Assembly: GCA_030704615.1 (NCBI GenBank)
Contig: CM060733.1
Location: forward strand, 60,698,001 to 60,762,000
Origin: Takakia lepidozioides
Lineage: Eukaryota > Plantae > Bryophyta
DNA length: 64,000 bases
Direction of reading: 5' to 3'
Below the pieces are notes generated by a model. The model saw only the letters and a list, made by a program, of their open reading frames with translations, had not been told where the DNA came from and ran no database searches. Within the stretch, counting starts at the first letter, position 1. Each line of letters opens with the position of its first letter. The position numbers and the translations under genes are program-made. Positions 1 to 12,686 of the stretch are shown here, one piece after another.

Positions 1-3000
1 TTGCAGAAAACTTTCACTCCATGTAAAGCATTTCTATCCTTTGTGTAACCATTTGCAAGAGAAGAATGAAAAAGGCCCTGAGGACATGGCACAAAGTAGA
101 ACAATAAAGAAAATGGGTCTGATTCTGCATGCTGCATCGGCAAGGGAGATGACTAGGTCCACTTGCAACAGTCAATATGGTTCCAAAACTGTCAGCATTG
201 TTGTGGACTACAACATTGCACGAAAAGAAGATTTGTGGGTGGAACCCACAAACAACAAGTTATTCAGCAAATGTCTAGAAAGAAGGAAAGATTACTGCAC
301 CTGAAACCAGTAGACATCAACATCACTTAAGAGAACATTATAGCCGAGGTGCAGAAGGTGCAAAACTGTGCGGGACTTTGTCTTTGTGACATCTTGGAAG
401 CACTTGGTCCCGAAGTGGCAGTTGTCACGGCTCATATTAACGTTGTGGACCCCCTTGATAACTGGCAAACCCTGCTCCTCTACCACAATTAGAGATCAGA
501 GAAAGAATATGGACATTCTGTCAACAGGTTGTATCTGTTTAAGTTGGTACCTTGAGCTTCAGCCTGTTGGAATTGTTCCTTTGTGAGTGGTCTCAGAAAT
601 TATTGAATCGGCATCAGACCTCCATTACAACAGGTTGCATGTTTGCTCACATGCAAACAAGAAATTAATTACTAGACTATTCCGAGCAACTATCCGAGGG
701 CAACATTGACTCTGGCAAAACCCAAAAGCTTGCTTCTTACCGTTGAATGGAATGAGGTCAGTTCAACTTGTACGTGAATGTAAAAAGAACAAAAGCATGG
801 TACTTGGTCCTGATCCTGAACAAACATGGAATCATGCTTTCAAGGACCGGCTTCTAAACATATTCCAGGATGTGTATCCCATTGAGGCACAGACGCTGGC
901 AAAATAAAAGTAACGAGTCTTAACAAAAAATTAAATTCTTTTTTGAAAATAGAGTCTTACCTGAAGGACAGCATACTGATAGAGCTCTTCATCCAGGGCA
1001 GAGACAAGAAAATTGAAGATCTTGAGGCGCTGAAGCCGGCAAGCCCAACTCATGAGCATGTCTCTGTAGTTGTTTCCGACAACAGCCAAGACCACAACGT
1101 GGTCTGCGCTGGCCATCCTTGCGACCAATGCTTCCGAAGAGAAAGGTAACCATAGCTGAGAGATCCTCGCTCCCTGGCTCTTCACGTTTAGGCAGTCTAT
1201 TTCTTTCGTGTGTGCCATTATGCTCTGCTGGCAGAGCAGTGCTTGCCCCCTTTGAGGAAGGAAGGCAGACCCCAGCCACTGCCATAATGTGAACCCACCT
1301 GCTGCATTTTAGACAGGTAAGAGATGGCAAAAAGGATTATGCATTCAATGCTGACCATGTCTGCAGGCTTTGAACGATTCCAAACCAAATGCTGATATTA
1401 GGTGTGGAACGGGAACCACCATCATACCAGCAGTGACAAGCCAAGACATATTTCCACCATGACGGCAGAAACTAACAATCTACTAAAAACGAAAGTACAA
1501 ACTTGTCAGGTTCCTTTGCCCCTCTTTGCCACATGGTAGGGGTGGATCGTCCCCAGTTTGCTCAACTATATGCCTACACAAGACCAATGAAAGCTTACCA
1601 TGGGTCGAACCAAACTCTCCTGCTTTCCTGATAGCCTTCTCGGTGGCCGGCAAGCAAGCTCCAGACAGCTCAGACGTATTGTAAAAACAAAGCATCTGCT
1701 GGAATGAGTTGCCACATTTCACTAACTTCAAAGGTATGCTCGAGTAAGCAGCCGGCCGGTAGTAGTAAGTGCCATATTGCATCACTAGATTAGTGTTTCC
1801 TGCTGCATCCCACAGTCTTGCCTCCACACCATCACCTGAAATCAAAGTCTTTATTGAAGGCCCAAAAGTTCCTTTTCAAAAACACGAATAACTATATCGG
1901 CAGTGAGTTATCAAAAAGCATTGTGAAGGAGGGGGATGAGAATTCCTACAGCAACAAACTCAACCTCTTCCCTCAACCAGTGGATTACACATACCCATCA
2001 ACCAGTTGTGGACACTCCCATGATGTGCTAGACGATCAGAGTAGAAGTACTACATAATCTTGTTTTCTCAAATCCAAAAACCTTCAACTCATTCATATAG
2101 TACCATCATAAAAGCGGCTTGGCAGATGCTGCGGGGATAGAAGAGAGAGCACGGTGCTTGCGTCGACAACTGTGCGAAACTTGGAAGCCAGAGACTCTGT
2201 CAACAGCCACTCATTGTGATGCCCGCTTCCATACACAAAAGGGGGCATAACCCCTGCATGAAGTGGGACTCCACCAGTGTTCCATGCCCAAAGCCCAGGA
2301 CCCTGGCACTTCTTCCACAGACCATTTTCTTCAGCAATGGCACGTACCTGAGACAAACAACTGCTGTATTGGAATATATCTTAAGTGGATCCTTACAAGG
2401 TGGAGGTTTCTCTGTGTCTATATGTTTGTCTCTCTGGCTCACTCAACAAAGGCTATGCCAACACCTGTCCAAATCTCTGCAGTACAGATGACTGTAAGAG
2501 TCACAGAATACAACACAATTCAATCATTCCTTAAATCACAGTGACTGGCTGCTAAGACTCCCCACTGACCTCAGCAGCTCCCCCCAGGGGGTACAAGCAT
2601 ACCAAGTTTATGTCATCTTTCCAGGAACGCTCAGCCAAGGACCAATGTAGCAATCAAATGAGACCATTCTGATCACAGAAAGTAGAAAGCCTGCAAATAA
2701 GGAGAAGCAAGGCAAGGCGGGACCTAACTACGTGAACTAGGAGTTTGGACCCACCTCATCATCGTCAGAATACAGACCATCTTCCCGCAGCCAAAGTCTG
2801 GAGGGCCCCTGTAGATGGAAAGGGAAGATATCGACCCTTAAAGGCTTGGCAACCACCAACCAATCACCATTAATGCCCCTCGCTTTCTCAATTACAGTTG
2901 TGAAATCTGGCAAGAGAATAAGCACAGGATCTATCACCACAGCAATCTCTGCATCTGAAGCCCGTGCTCGTCCCACCATGCTGTGAAACATGGCAGTCCC

Positions 3001-4968
3001 CATGAATCTGTATCCAAGAGATTGTCCTATTATGAGTGTCAGACGTAACCAGGAAACCTTAGGATGGAAACTGCACAGTATTCACTTGAAAGCCTCTTCT
3101 CTGCTCTAGTGTTGTTTCCTGGTCTCCTTAACTTTAGCTGATCCCTCTCTCTTACAACTTACTACCTGACAACTGGTGATTGCTTCCCCAGAGATGTAAC
3201 TGCTCTTTGAAGGGCAAGGGGAATCTGCAGTCCTAGCTTCATTGGTATACTTTGTATGTATACCCCTCTAGGTGAACTCAATGGAGAACATTATTTGCGT
3301 TTTCTTGCTTTCATACATGATCTTGCTGGGATGCAAGAACACTATCAAAGCTCAATTTCATAATTCCAAGAAATTATATTATACAGACAGGAAGAATTTC
3401 TATGGCCCATACAGGTTGCAGCTCACACACAGCAACAAGAGTCAGGCATCATACGTGAAATCAATATCTGATTCGACAGAGACATGGGGCTCAAGAGTGT
3501 GTGCAAATGATATCAGTGAAGGATGTCGGCCGAAGAGGACCACGTCAGGGCAGGGATTTAGGCGCAGCCATGAATGGACTGCAAGCCTCTGGCGCACACC
3601 TTCGATACCTTCAAAGGGGGCAGGGGCTGTGTAGAATGTGATGCCGCTCTTCTTCACCTCTCTCTCAGACAGTATCATCAAGTGACGTCCTGCAAGGCCC
3701 GTGTACAATCAATCCAATTGTTGTTCTGCACTTCCATCCATTGAGACCTCTGTTCCTCCGATGACTCTAAGAAACTCATGCATGGAAACCAAAGAACTCA
3801 CCAAAGAATCTTAAGTATCGTACCCCATATCAGCAACTCCACCACAAACAAGCCTATCGATGACCAAGACCTCTAGCCCTGATCTCTTTGTCTGGATGAC
3901 GGTCACTGTGGCTCCACAGCAGTACCAGCATGAGGGGCAAACAAGCCTATCGATGACCAAGACCTCTAGCCCCGATCTCTTTGTCTGGATGACGGTCACT
4001 GTGGCTCCAAGCAGTACCAGCATGAGGGGCATCATATTTTCATGGATGGTGCTAAAGTCTGTCCAGACCCCACAACGGAACTAGGCTAGTTTGGACACTC
4101 ACTCATTGACCCAGATTGACTTAGGGGGTTTTCCACTTAGTGAATCATGGACGCTACTTCTAAAGGTTGGCAGAACCCCAGTGTCGCTTTCCTATCCCCC
4201 TGCTGCCACAGGCTGTGACACAGGATCAGCCCAACTGCCCTTTGCTGTAGTGAAAAGTCCAAGCCACAAACTCCAAGAGAGTTGATCCAATGATGCATGT
4301 GATCTGGTCACAGGGGCTCAGTGTGTTGGCCTTTACAAGTAGGGCAACTGACATAACAGATGCCCCTTGAATGCCCCCCATTCAAGAACTCTCAGATGGC
4401 ATTGGCTACTCTGAACACCCTTTAGCAAGGTCATGCAGTCAACCAATGCCAGAACAGAGACGATTCAACATCAAAGAAGTACATAAAAGGCGAACGCTCT
4501 TCCAACTTCAAGAGATTCATGGTTGAAGCAATGAATGATAGTATGGAGGGTATGTTCCAATGCACGACTGGGCCCAAGCACATTATGAGCTTTCCACCGC
4601 TGGCTTCAACCATGGTTTGCAACTGCCCTCTTCGTCAAAATCAAGTTAGAACTAACCAAGAATTCCTCAAAGTCAGTGACTTTCTGGCACTATACAGCAC
4701 TTTATAGTTTTGTAAACAGACACGGGGAGAAACTATAAAAGCTCTGACATGTGAGTGGAGGATTTTCACGATGGGATGAACTTGGGAAACCTCAAAGGAA
4801 GTAGACGAGAGGATGTTTGTGCAGGAGAATTACCGTGCTGCCCATCTGACACCTCTCTCTCCCACTCCCTCACTGGAGGCAATAGCTGCGTCGCGCGCAG
4901 AGATACAATCAGTAGCAGCAACCCTGCCACGCATAGTACTGCCGGAGTTGCTTGTAGCTCCATGGCCA
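1..4968 (-). CDS. RAY1: Beta-arabinofuranosyltransferase RAY1-like (nucleotide-diphospho-sugar transferase family), multi-exon, runs off the left edge; exon boundaries approximate
   Basis: Minus-strand exon ORFs: N-terminal TM anchor LLLIVSLRATQLLP (~4780-4968), ITFYTAPAPF...AVHSWLRL (3447-3689), MGTAMFHSMV (2755-3005), LWAWNTGGVPLHAGVMPPFVYGSGHHNEWL (2098-2480), NYRDMLMSWACRLQRLKIFNFLVSALDEELY (961-1200), DNCHFGTKCFQDVTKTKSRTVL...GYNVLLSDVDVYW (301-472). GT-AG junctions are visible. Confidence 0.85.
3846..4030. repeat. Near-perfect ~92-bp tandem duplication, probably intronic
   Basis: caaacaagcctatcgatgaccaagacctctagcc...cagtaccagcatgaggggca occurs at 3846 and again at 3938. Confidence 0.9.
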
Positions 4969-5737
4969 TGAGGAAAGATTGTATGTTGTTGGAACTTGAG
5001 CCACTGTATGGCAACTTTCAGGCAAAGAGTGTCCGCTACTCACAATCAGCTTCAGATTATTCGTCGTCTGGCGAGTTCCTTACGAGATTTGCTCTGACAT
5101 CATAACTGTGGGACTGATTTGCATACATACAAATCAGTCGTGGCCTGATCTGAAAATGCACCAAACCCCTCCACATTGCTGCTACATGGGCTGCAGATTA
5201 TACAACCCCCTTTGTCAAACAAACAGGAACTACCAGAACAATGGGACCACCACAACTACAGGCTAGGACCCCCGTCCAGTAAGTCCCGAAGCCGGAGTCC
5301 CACATTTTCCCGATCTCTATCTTCGCACAGACCATTCTAGGCTCCAAAAACATCGATCAGGGCAGCTCAGACTCACTTGAGTGTGAGAAGCGAACAATCG
5401 CTGCTAGAGTCTTATACAACAGTGACATGGTACCGACCCCAATCTAATCTCACTTATGAATATCAAATGTATACGTTCTGACTGAATCAGTGTACCTCAA
5501 TACGCATCAAGCCCTTCAAATTGATATTATCTGTGCGCGGGAATCAGCCATTTCCCAGTTACTGAAGATCTCTAGAGAAGGCTTAAGGATGGCAATGCAA
5601 AACCGGTAGGCAGCAGCAGCGCAGAAATTTACAACCCCGCCAGCGGATGAATAGACTGTGACAATCTTCAGTCCGAAACATCAGGGGATCACTTTCCTCC
5701 AATCCCAGAGTCCTTACGGATGGTTTTCGATCATCCA

Positions 5738-5887
5738 TCATAGGGCCCACCCCTATAAAGGGGCATTAGTCGCAAGGCCGCAAGGCGAAGTGGCTCTTAG
5801 TTATCATAGGGCCACCCCTATAAAGGGGCATTAGTCGCAAGGCGAAGTGGCTCTTAGTTATGCCGGCTTGGCGGGAGTCTTCTCTCT
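5738..5887 (+). repeat. Short structured SINE-like element, with its 5' ~67 bp tandemly duplicated
   Basis: tcatagggcc(c)acccctataaaggggcattagtcgcaaggc...gaagtggctcttagttat occurs twice, followed by gccggcttggcgggagtcttctctct. Homologous to 42247-42336. Confidence 0.75.
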
Positions 5888-5899
5888 TTGGATGTTATC

Positions 5900-6909
5900 T
5901 GACTGAAGATGTTTGTGCACCATCCCTTTCTACAAATGATGAAAACTTGTACAGCTTTATTTACAGGAAACATGAGGTATTTGAACAGATGATAGAAAAA
6001 CCCCAAAACCTGGGAAAGAACAAAGAAGGGAGGAAAGGGAAGCAAAACTATTCAAACTTCTTAGTCATCCCAACCTACTGCCTGAAGTAGGTCGGAGGGC
6101 AACATGGGTGTAACATCTGGGAGAGTTGGGAGGTGAGATGAGGCTGATCCAGTTATGTCTGCCCCATGTAAAATGGTCATTGCTTGAGCTCTCTGTAATG
6201 CAACGGCCACTTTTTGTCTCTAAAAGGCCACAAGAACGGAGGCATAAGGAATGCTCGTGGTCTTGTTTTGGGCTGCATGATGGGCGCATGAATGGAGTAG
6301 GTCGTCAAACCGGCGACAGCCGAATATCTCTACAGCCAAGGGGATGAAAGTGTCGGTAGGATGTCTGTCCTGATAATCGCGCTCCTTGACTTGAGCAGCA
6401 ACCAAAGCCACAGAGCCCTGAAAAGATGCCGAACGTGAAAGTAAGTCGGATCGGGTAGGGTCGGCAATGACAACGTCGGCTAGGGTGCAAAGACCATCTT
6501 TAGACGGAATGATGCCGTCGTGTCGACTTAAGAGAATGAGAAGGGAGGACATGAGATTGCTCTCGCAGGACATGGAAACCAGCCTCTCGCGTAATCGATG
6601 CGACAGCGTCTCGGACGACGTTATAGGTGGCGGTGCGATCTCCCCCACATGGACATCGAAGGAGGTGGACAGCAAGTACGTCGATAGGCGGTAGCAAACA
6701 TAATGTTGCAGACCTAACACAGAAGGATGCGGTAGCCCAAGTCGCAAACGAAGAGTCGTGGCAAAGATGGATGATGACAAGTGAGGGGGTAGTGGTGGGT
6801 CGAGCTGTCAGCCATGCGCCTACACCTGGCTCTGCACAGAATAGAAGCCTGGTACGATGCACATCAGAGGAAGAGCTACTGGAAAGCATGTCGGAGAATG
6901 AGTGTCGGT
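5900..6909 (-). mobile_element. 3' half of a CRE-type (restriction-like endonuclease) non-LTR retrotransposon; degenerate, 3' boundary approximate
   Basis: GVGAWLTARP...FATTLRLRLGLPHP, a CCHC-like segment (HLLRCPCGGDRTATYNVVRD), and an RLE motif (TLADVVIADP...AAQVKERDY...FIPLAVEIFG). Frame joins 42138 across the CACTA insertion. Confidence 0.85.
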
Positions 6910-7103
6910 CACTACAGGAAAAGGGGGGGTTAATGACACCGCGGAAACGGCGCAGCCACGCCGCAACGTCACTAAACGCCGCTTTTGAGGCAGGGGCGCA
7001 GGCGCCCTTTTGCCACGTCCGGGCGTGGCACGATCGTCCCCGGGGCGTCACTAATCGGTCGTCGCATAAATGCGACGAATGGGGGTTGTAAGTCGTTACC
7101 CCA

Positions 7104-7734
7104 TGTCAAGGATGAAAACATGACTGAACACCAACAAGAGATCAAACTAGAGGTACAAGACTAGACAAGAAGTCAAGGTCGGCGTGGCCGAATGCATGAT
7201 GAGTAAATATGAATCAATACAATCTTTATAACAATGAACAAGAGTACAAGATATTGGAACACGACTTGAATACTGGAATGCTGGAAACTGGATTGGAGTA
7301 CCAGATATTGGAAACTGGGCTAGAGTATTGGAAACTGGAAACAAGAGTAGTTTGAACTGGTGTTGGTGAGACTGAACAGTGTCCAGTCTCGTCTCATATA
7401 TATACTGGCTACTAAGAAGCTTCCCTAAGAAGCTTCCCCTATAGAGGTTTCTTGATGGAGAAGTTTCCAAGATTAAACAAAGATTTCTTGATGGAGAAAC
7501 TTCCTTAAACAAAAGAGGTATCTTTATGGAGAAGTTTCCTCCAAAGGAGGCTTCCTGAGCAGTTTCCCAAGTTACTCTTGGTAATTTGGTAAACTCTCGG
7601 TAACTTGGTAACTAATGATAAATCATGGTAGATCATGATAAATCACGGTAAGTCATGATAACTTCCGATAACATGGTAACTTGGAACTTCTGGTATTTAC
7701 TCCTGGTAAGTTCCTCTGGGCTATGTCCGTGACA
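7104..7734 (-). repeat. 3' LTR (631 bp) of the chromovirus
   Basis: TGTCA...TGACA termini. A polypurine tract aaggagggggtga on the minus strand abuts 7734. Confidence 0.85.
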
Positions 7735-10700
7735 TCACCCCCTCCTTTAGCGCCGAGTTCCTCGAGGAGCGGTAAAATCTTGGTCTTGCTTAGAGTTGGA
7801 GAAAATCCGAAATCCGACGAATGATACTTGCCAAGTATTCGGCTCTTCGTTCTTGACTCAAATGATTTATAGGTCCCTACAACCATCGATAGTGTCCAAT
7901 ACCTTGAACTTGGGACCACGTAGTGATTTGAACATTCTGACTTTCGAAACTGCTTTCAAACATGATTTCGTTGCCCTCTGGGTCCGAAGCCTCAAACTCC
8001 AACAGAATTATCAGACTTCGAGTAGGCTCCACTTGCCGTCGTACGGGATCCAGACGAAGAAGTACGCGTCGCATAGGTGGTCCATGCTCTCGAGAGCGTC
8101 GGCATGATGTTGAAGGTCGTGAGAGTCGGAACGGCTGATCTGGTAGTTGGGTAAGTGACAACTTCAATGTATCTGGTTCATGTGACTCCATGCTGCCAAT
8201 ACAAGATGCAAGAGTGTTGAAAGTGTAGCTATATATACTTATGTGTGGTACTCCTCCCTCCTTAGCGTGTATCAGGTACATTGAATGTGGAGTCTTCACC
8301 TTGAAGATAACTTGGCTGACATCATCGTTGTGACGTCTTATTGACGTATAGCTCAGGGCTTAGCCGGATATCGTTGATGAAACTCTTAGACTTTGTCAGA
8401 TGCATTGGCGAGGTTGGATGAAGGTTCTCACGTTTGTTCGATGTTGTCGTAGCCTTTCCAATGTACGAAATATTCAAGACGTTTATACTTGATGCGAGAG
8501 TCTAGGACTTCGTCGACTTCATACTCAATTTCCTGATTGACTTCAATTGGTGGAGGTAGTACGGAGACTCTCCCTGGAATATTCGATGGATGATACAACT
8601 CCAATAATGAAACATGAAAGACTGGATGGATGCGCATACTTCGTGGGAGTTCAAGCCGAAAACTGACCGGATTTATTTGTCAAATAATTTTGAATGGTCC
8701 CAGGCGTTGATACTCCAACTTCCTTGATGGTCGCGAGGTTTGTATGTCCCGTCGAAGAAGCCACACACGATCTCCGACCTTGAACTGGGGTTGGAATTGG
8801 CGACGTTGATCTACATACTCCTTGTATTGTTTTTGAGCTTCTGCGAGGTGGAATGTAAGCTCCTTGTGAATCGTAGCAAGATGAGTAGCAAGGTTTTCTG
8901 CAGCAGGGCTTCCAACAGTTTTCATGTAGAAAGGATTTGTTCGAGGATGATGACCATAATTGGAGAAAAATTGAGTTTGATTGGTCGAAGAATGTATAGT
9001 GTTGTTGTAGGCAAACTCAGCCAATGACAGAAGGTCCGTCCAATTATCTTGATGATAATTTATCGTACAGCGAAGATACTGCTCCAAAATCCGGTTTACA
9101 CGTTCGGTTTGACCATCAGTCTGTGGATGATTGAAGAAGGCCGTAAGGTCGATGTCGTGGTCCATTCGCTCTAGCACACGTGTCGCAAGATTTTATAAAT
9201 TCTTTCACGAGTTTCCACATCTGCGGCCATCAATAGTCCCTGGATATTAATTCCATTGTTTTGTTGAAGCCGAAATGTCCTGCAGCCGGAAGATCATGAC
9301 ATGTTTGAAGAATTCGAAGTCGTGTAGGTCCTAGAGGTACATAGAGAAATCCCTCTCAAGGTCGATTTAATTGACTTCGTAGTGTCGTAGCAAAATGGTC
9401 GCTCTTCAGTGCTTCTTGAATCTCTTTTATGATCTCTGCATCGTCATAGGTGGACATGGATAACATATTCAATTGGAAATTTGTTGGTTTCAAGATGATG
9501 GATTTTTGTTGGTCAAAAGCTGCATCCCCTTCCTTTGGCGCAAGATACGATCGTCGAGAAAGAGCATTTGGTTTTCCTTGAAGGTGTCCGAGACGGTAGG
9601 TAATAACAAATCAAACATGGCCAGTGACATACTTCATCTCACTTGACGTCGATTCAAAACACGAGCACTCATAAAATACTCGAGGTTTTTGTGATCGGTA
9701 TAGACAGTGACCTGATGTTGAGCTCCATCCAATAGATGACGTCACTCCTCAAAAGCATCGATAATCGCTAGAAGTTCTTTGTCATGGATTTCATAATTGA
9801 TCTCCACAGCAGAAAATTTGCGAGAACGAAAACCAACAGGGTGAGGTCGGACATCTGTACCGTATTGAGAGAGTATCGTGCCAAGTGCAAAGTCCGATGC
9901 ATCTGCTTCCAAAAATAATAATTTAGATGGGTCTACATGTACCAGTATTTGAGCCGTTGTAAATGTCTGCTTCAGCCTTTCAAATGCTTGGTCAACCTTC
10001 TCGTCCCATACAAATTTGTCATTCCCTGTGAGTCGTGTCATTGTTGCAGCAATTTTGGAGTAGTCCTTGATACAAATTCTATAGAAATTTGCAAATCTTA
10101 AAAAACATTGTACATCTCGGACCGAAGTTAGTTTAATCCACTCGATGATTGTTTGTATTTTCTTCTGATCCATAAAGACTCATTTGTCGGAAATAACGTA
10201 GCCCAAAAATTCGACTTCAGATTGGTGGAAAAAAATATTTTTCCAACTTGGCATATAGTCATTTTTCCCTCAATTTATTAAGGACAAGGTGTACATGGTG
10301 ACCATGTTCTTCTTCAGTATGTGAAAATATCATAATGTCGTCCAAATAGATGACTACAAAGTCATCTAAAAATTCTTGAAAGATGTCATTCATCATGTGT
10401 TGAAAAATTGCTGGAGCATTTGTAAGACCGGAAGGCATAACATTGTATTCGAAATGTCCGTACCTTGTGCGAAAAACAGTCTTCCATTCGTCTCCTTCTT
10501 TTATTTGTACAAGGTTGTAAGCTCCTCTCAAGTTGATCTTTGTGAAAAAATTTGCTCGTCCAAGTTGTTCGAGGAGTCCGGAAATCAGCGGTAGTGGGTA
10601 ACGATTTTTTATAGTGACTTTGTTGAGCCCACGATAGTCCACACACATGCGTAATGATCCGTCTTTCTTCTTCACAAATAAGATAGGTGCTCCCGTGGGG

Positions 10701-11596
10701 GATTTCGAATATCAAATGAAATTCTTTGACAGATTTTCATCAATGTATTCGCGTAAAGCAGCCAGCTCCGTCTGAGATAAATTGTAGATCGGGCCAAATG
10801 GTGGTTGAGCTCTTTCTTGCAACTCAATTGCACAATCATAAGGTCGATGTTCTGGCAACTCTCGAATACATCCTTGAAATCTTGATATTGAGTGGGTAAT
10901 GTCGAAGTACCTTGGTCTGTTGTGGTTTTGATGGGAGTCGCATAAAGTGCAAATGTCGCGTCTTTCTTCGTAGCTCTCATGAAGGCTCTAGCTCCAAGAA
11001 ACAAGGGTTGAATACCTTTGGTATTTTTGCATTTTTGTCTTGCCGAAATTTTTCGTGATCGCCAGTCGATGTTAGGATTATGAAGTACAAACTTAGGGAA
11101 GTCCAAGGATCACAGGATTCATTGGAGATTGGATGACATTGAAAACAATCTGTGATGCTTGATTTTTAAGCTTCACTTCAAGGGGTCGAGTTTCATGGTC
11201 AATATTTCTTGATGCTAACGGTCGTCCATTGATGACTTCAACAGGGGCCGAGAATTTCTTTCTTACGAGCGTTAAATTGTGTTGCTTCGCAAAGTCTTTG
11301 TCAATAAAACACGCTGAAGCGCCCGAGTCCAAAAGTGCTTTTACGGAGATATCTCGATTTTGCATCCTGATCTTTACTGGAACTGTGAAACAAGGTACAG
11401 GGTCTGGAGGTAGAAAGAGACCCTTTTTTTTTGAGGAATTTGGAATGTCTAGCCGCATGGTCTCTACTATGACTGGACATCTTCGTTTTCCGACCTCCTC
11501 GTATCGAACACTTGAGTTGTGCCCCGAGCTTTGAATCTTCTCTTGTTATGGCAATTTAATGCTATGTGATCATCTTCTCCGCAATAAAAGCATAAT
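7104..11596 (-). mobile_element. Ty3/Gypsy chromovirus (Tcn1-like), defective; gag interrupted and 5' part missing
   Basis: Gag zinc knuckle CFYCGEDDHIALNC (~11550-11592), protease ALLDSGAS (11093-11458), [13 protein letters not shown]...IYLDD (10259-10675), RNase H EADASDFALG...YEIHDKELLAI (9742-10173), integrase HPQTDGQTERVN (8680-9177), chromodomain [25 protein letters not shown] (8428-8637). Many stops and frameshifts. Confidence 0.93.
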
Positions 11597-12647
11597 TGTC
11601 GAGCGGCTTTTACTCACCCATCCCTTCGCTATCCGAGGTGGGAACTCCAAGATAGAAGAGTTGGATATCTCTAAGCACTCAGCCCGCTCAGAACAACCTA
11701 CAGCTAGTGTATCATGGTTATGCTTCGTATTTGTATTTCTTCTTGCCTTCATGTTAGCAAATTACCTTATTGTGTATACTGAAGCATCAGATTGCTTCAG
11801 TATCTATCAGGTTCCATTCACTCATCCATTCATTCCACGGCTTCACTCAAGTCTCTTTACACAGTGTGATTGTATCGAATAAGTATCAGATTAAGATTTA
11901 TCAGGTATCAGGCCGAAGCCATGATGTCTCTAATCTGTTCTACAGTATCACTACAGCTTTGCATGTAACGAGCATCTACTGATCATCTCTCCTCATTCAC
12001 CGTGCTCTCCATCCTTGCTCCCGTTCCTGCTCTCTGTCTGATCTCTTCTCGTGAATGACCAAGAAGTGCTCTCCGTTCAGTATCATCCATGTCACTGCTC
12101 TGCTTAATCTATCTGCAAGCTCTTCTAACCGCCTAACTAACTAACTGTCACCCAAGAAATAAGTACGTTCCCCCTGCAGATGTCGTTCCCACATAGTCGT
12201 TCTCTGCCAATAATAACCGTTCCCTATGTACGCTGTGACGGGCTGTGCCAAGCTGTATCGGGCTGTGACTGCGTCGAGCTGTAAGTGGCTGTGTCGGACT
12301 GTGTCAACTGTGACTGGCTATGTAAAGCTGTGTCAGGTTATGTCGAGCTATGTCGGTCTGTGACTAGTTGTGCGAAGCTGTGTCGGGCTGTGATAAACTG
12401 TGACTAACTGTGATAGGCTGTGATTGACTGTGACAAACTGTGTAAGGCTGTATCGGGCTGTGTAAGACTGTGTATGGCTGTGACTGACTGTGCAACCTTG
12501 TGTACCACCCCCTAAGCTTGTGTTGGTCTAAGTCTACCATCGTAAGTCTACGCAAAAATTAAGGGTACCCCCCAGAACCCGTAAAACTGTCTAAGTGTAT
12601 CCCACAGAACTCGTAACACTGTCTAAGTTCCAGACAACCCTCTAACA
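11597..12647 (-). repeat. 3' LTR (~1.05 kb) of a second LTR retrotransposon inserted in the chromovirus gag; contains a ~10-bp ctgtg-type minisatellite (~12230-12500)
   Basis: On the minus strand it starts TGTTAGAGG directly after a polypurine tract (gagagagggaggggtaaa, ~12648-12666) and ends ...CTCGACA at 11597, where chromovirus gag resumes. Confidence 0.7.
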
Positions 12648-12686
12648 TTTACCCCTCCCTCTCTCAAAAAGCCGTGTCCTCACGGT

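Noticed and set aside
3811-4084. ORFs with internal peptide repeats
   Set aside because: They are created by the 92-bp tandem duplication in a probable intron.
5738-5887. Hammerhead or HDV-like ribozyme call for the structured short element
   Set aside because: No CUGANGA/GAAA core and no HDV nested double pseudoknot could be built on either strand by eye.
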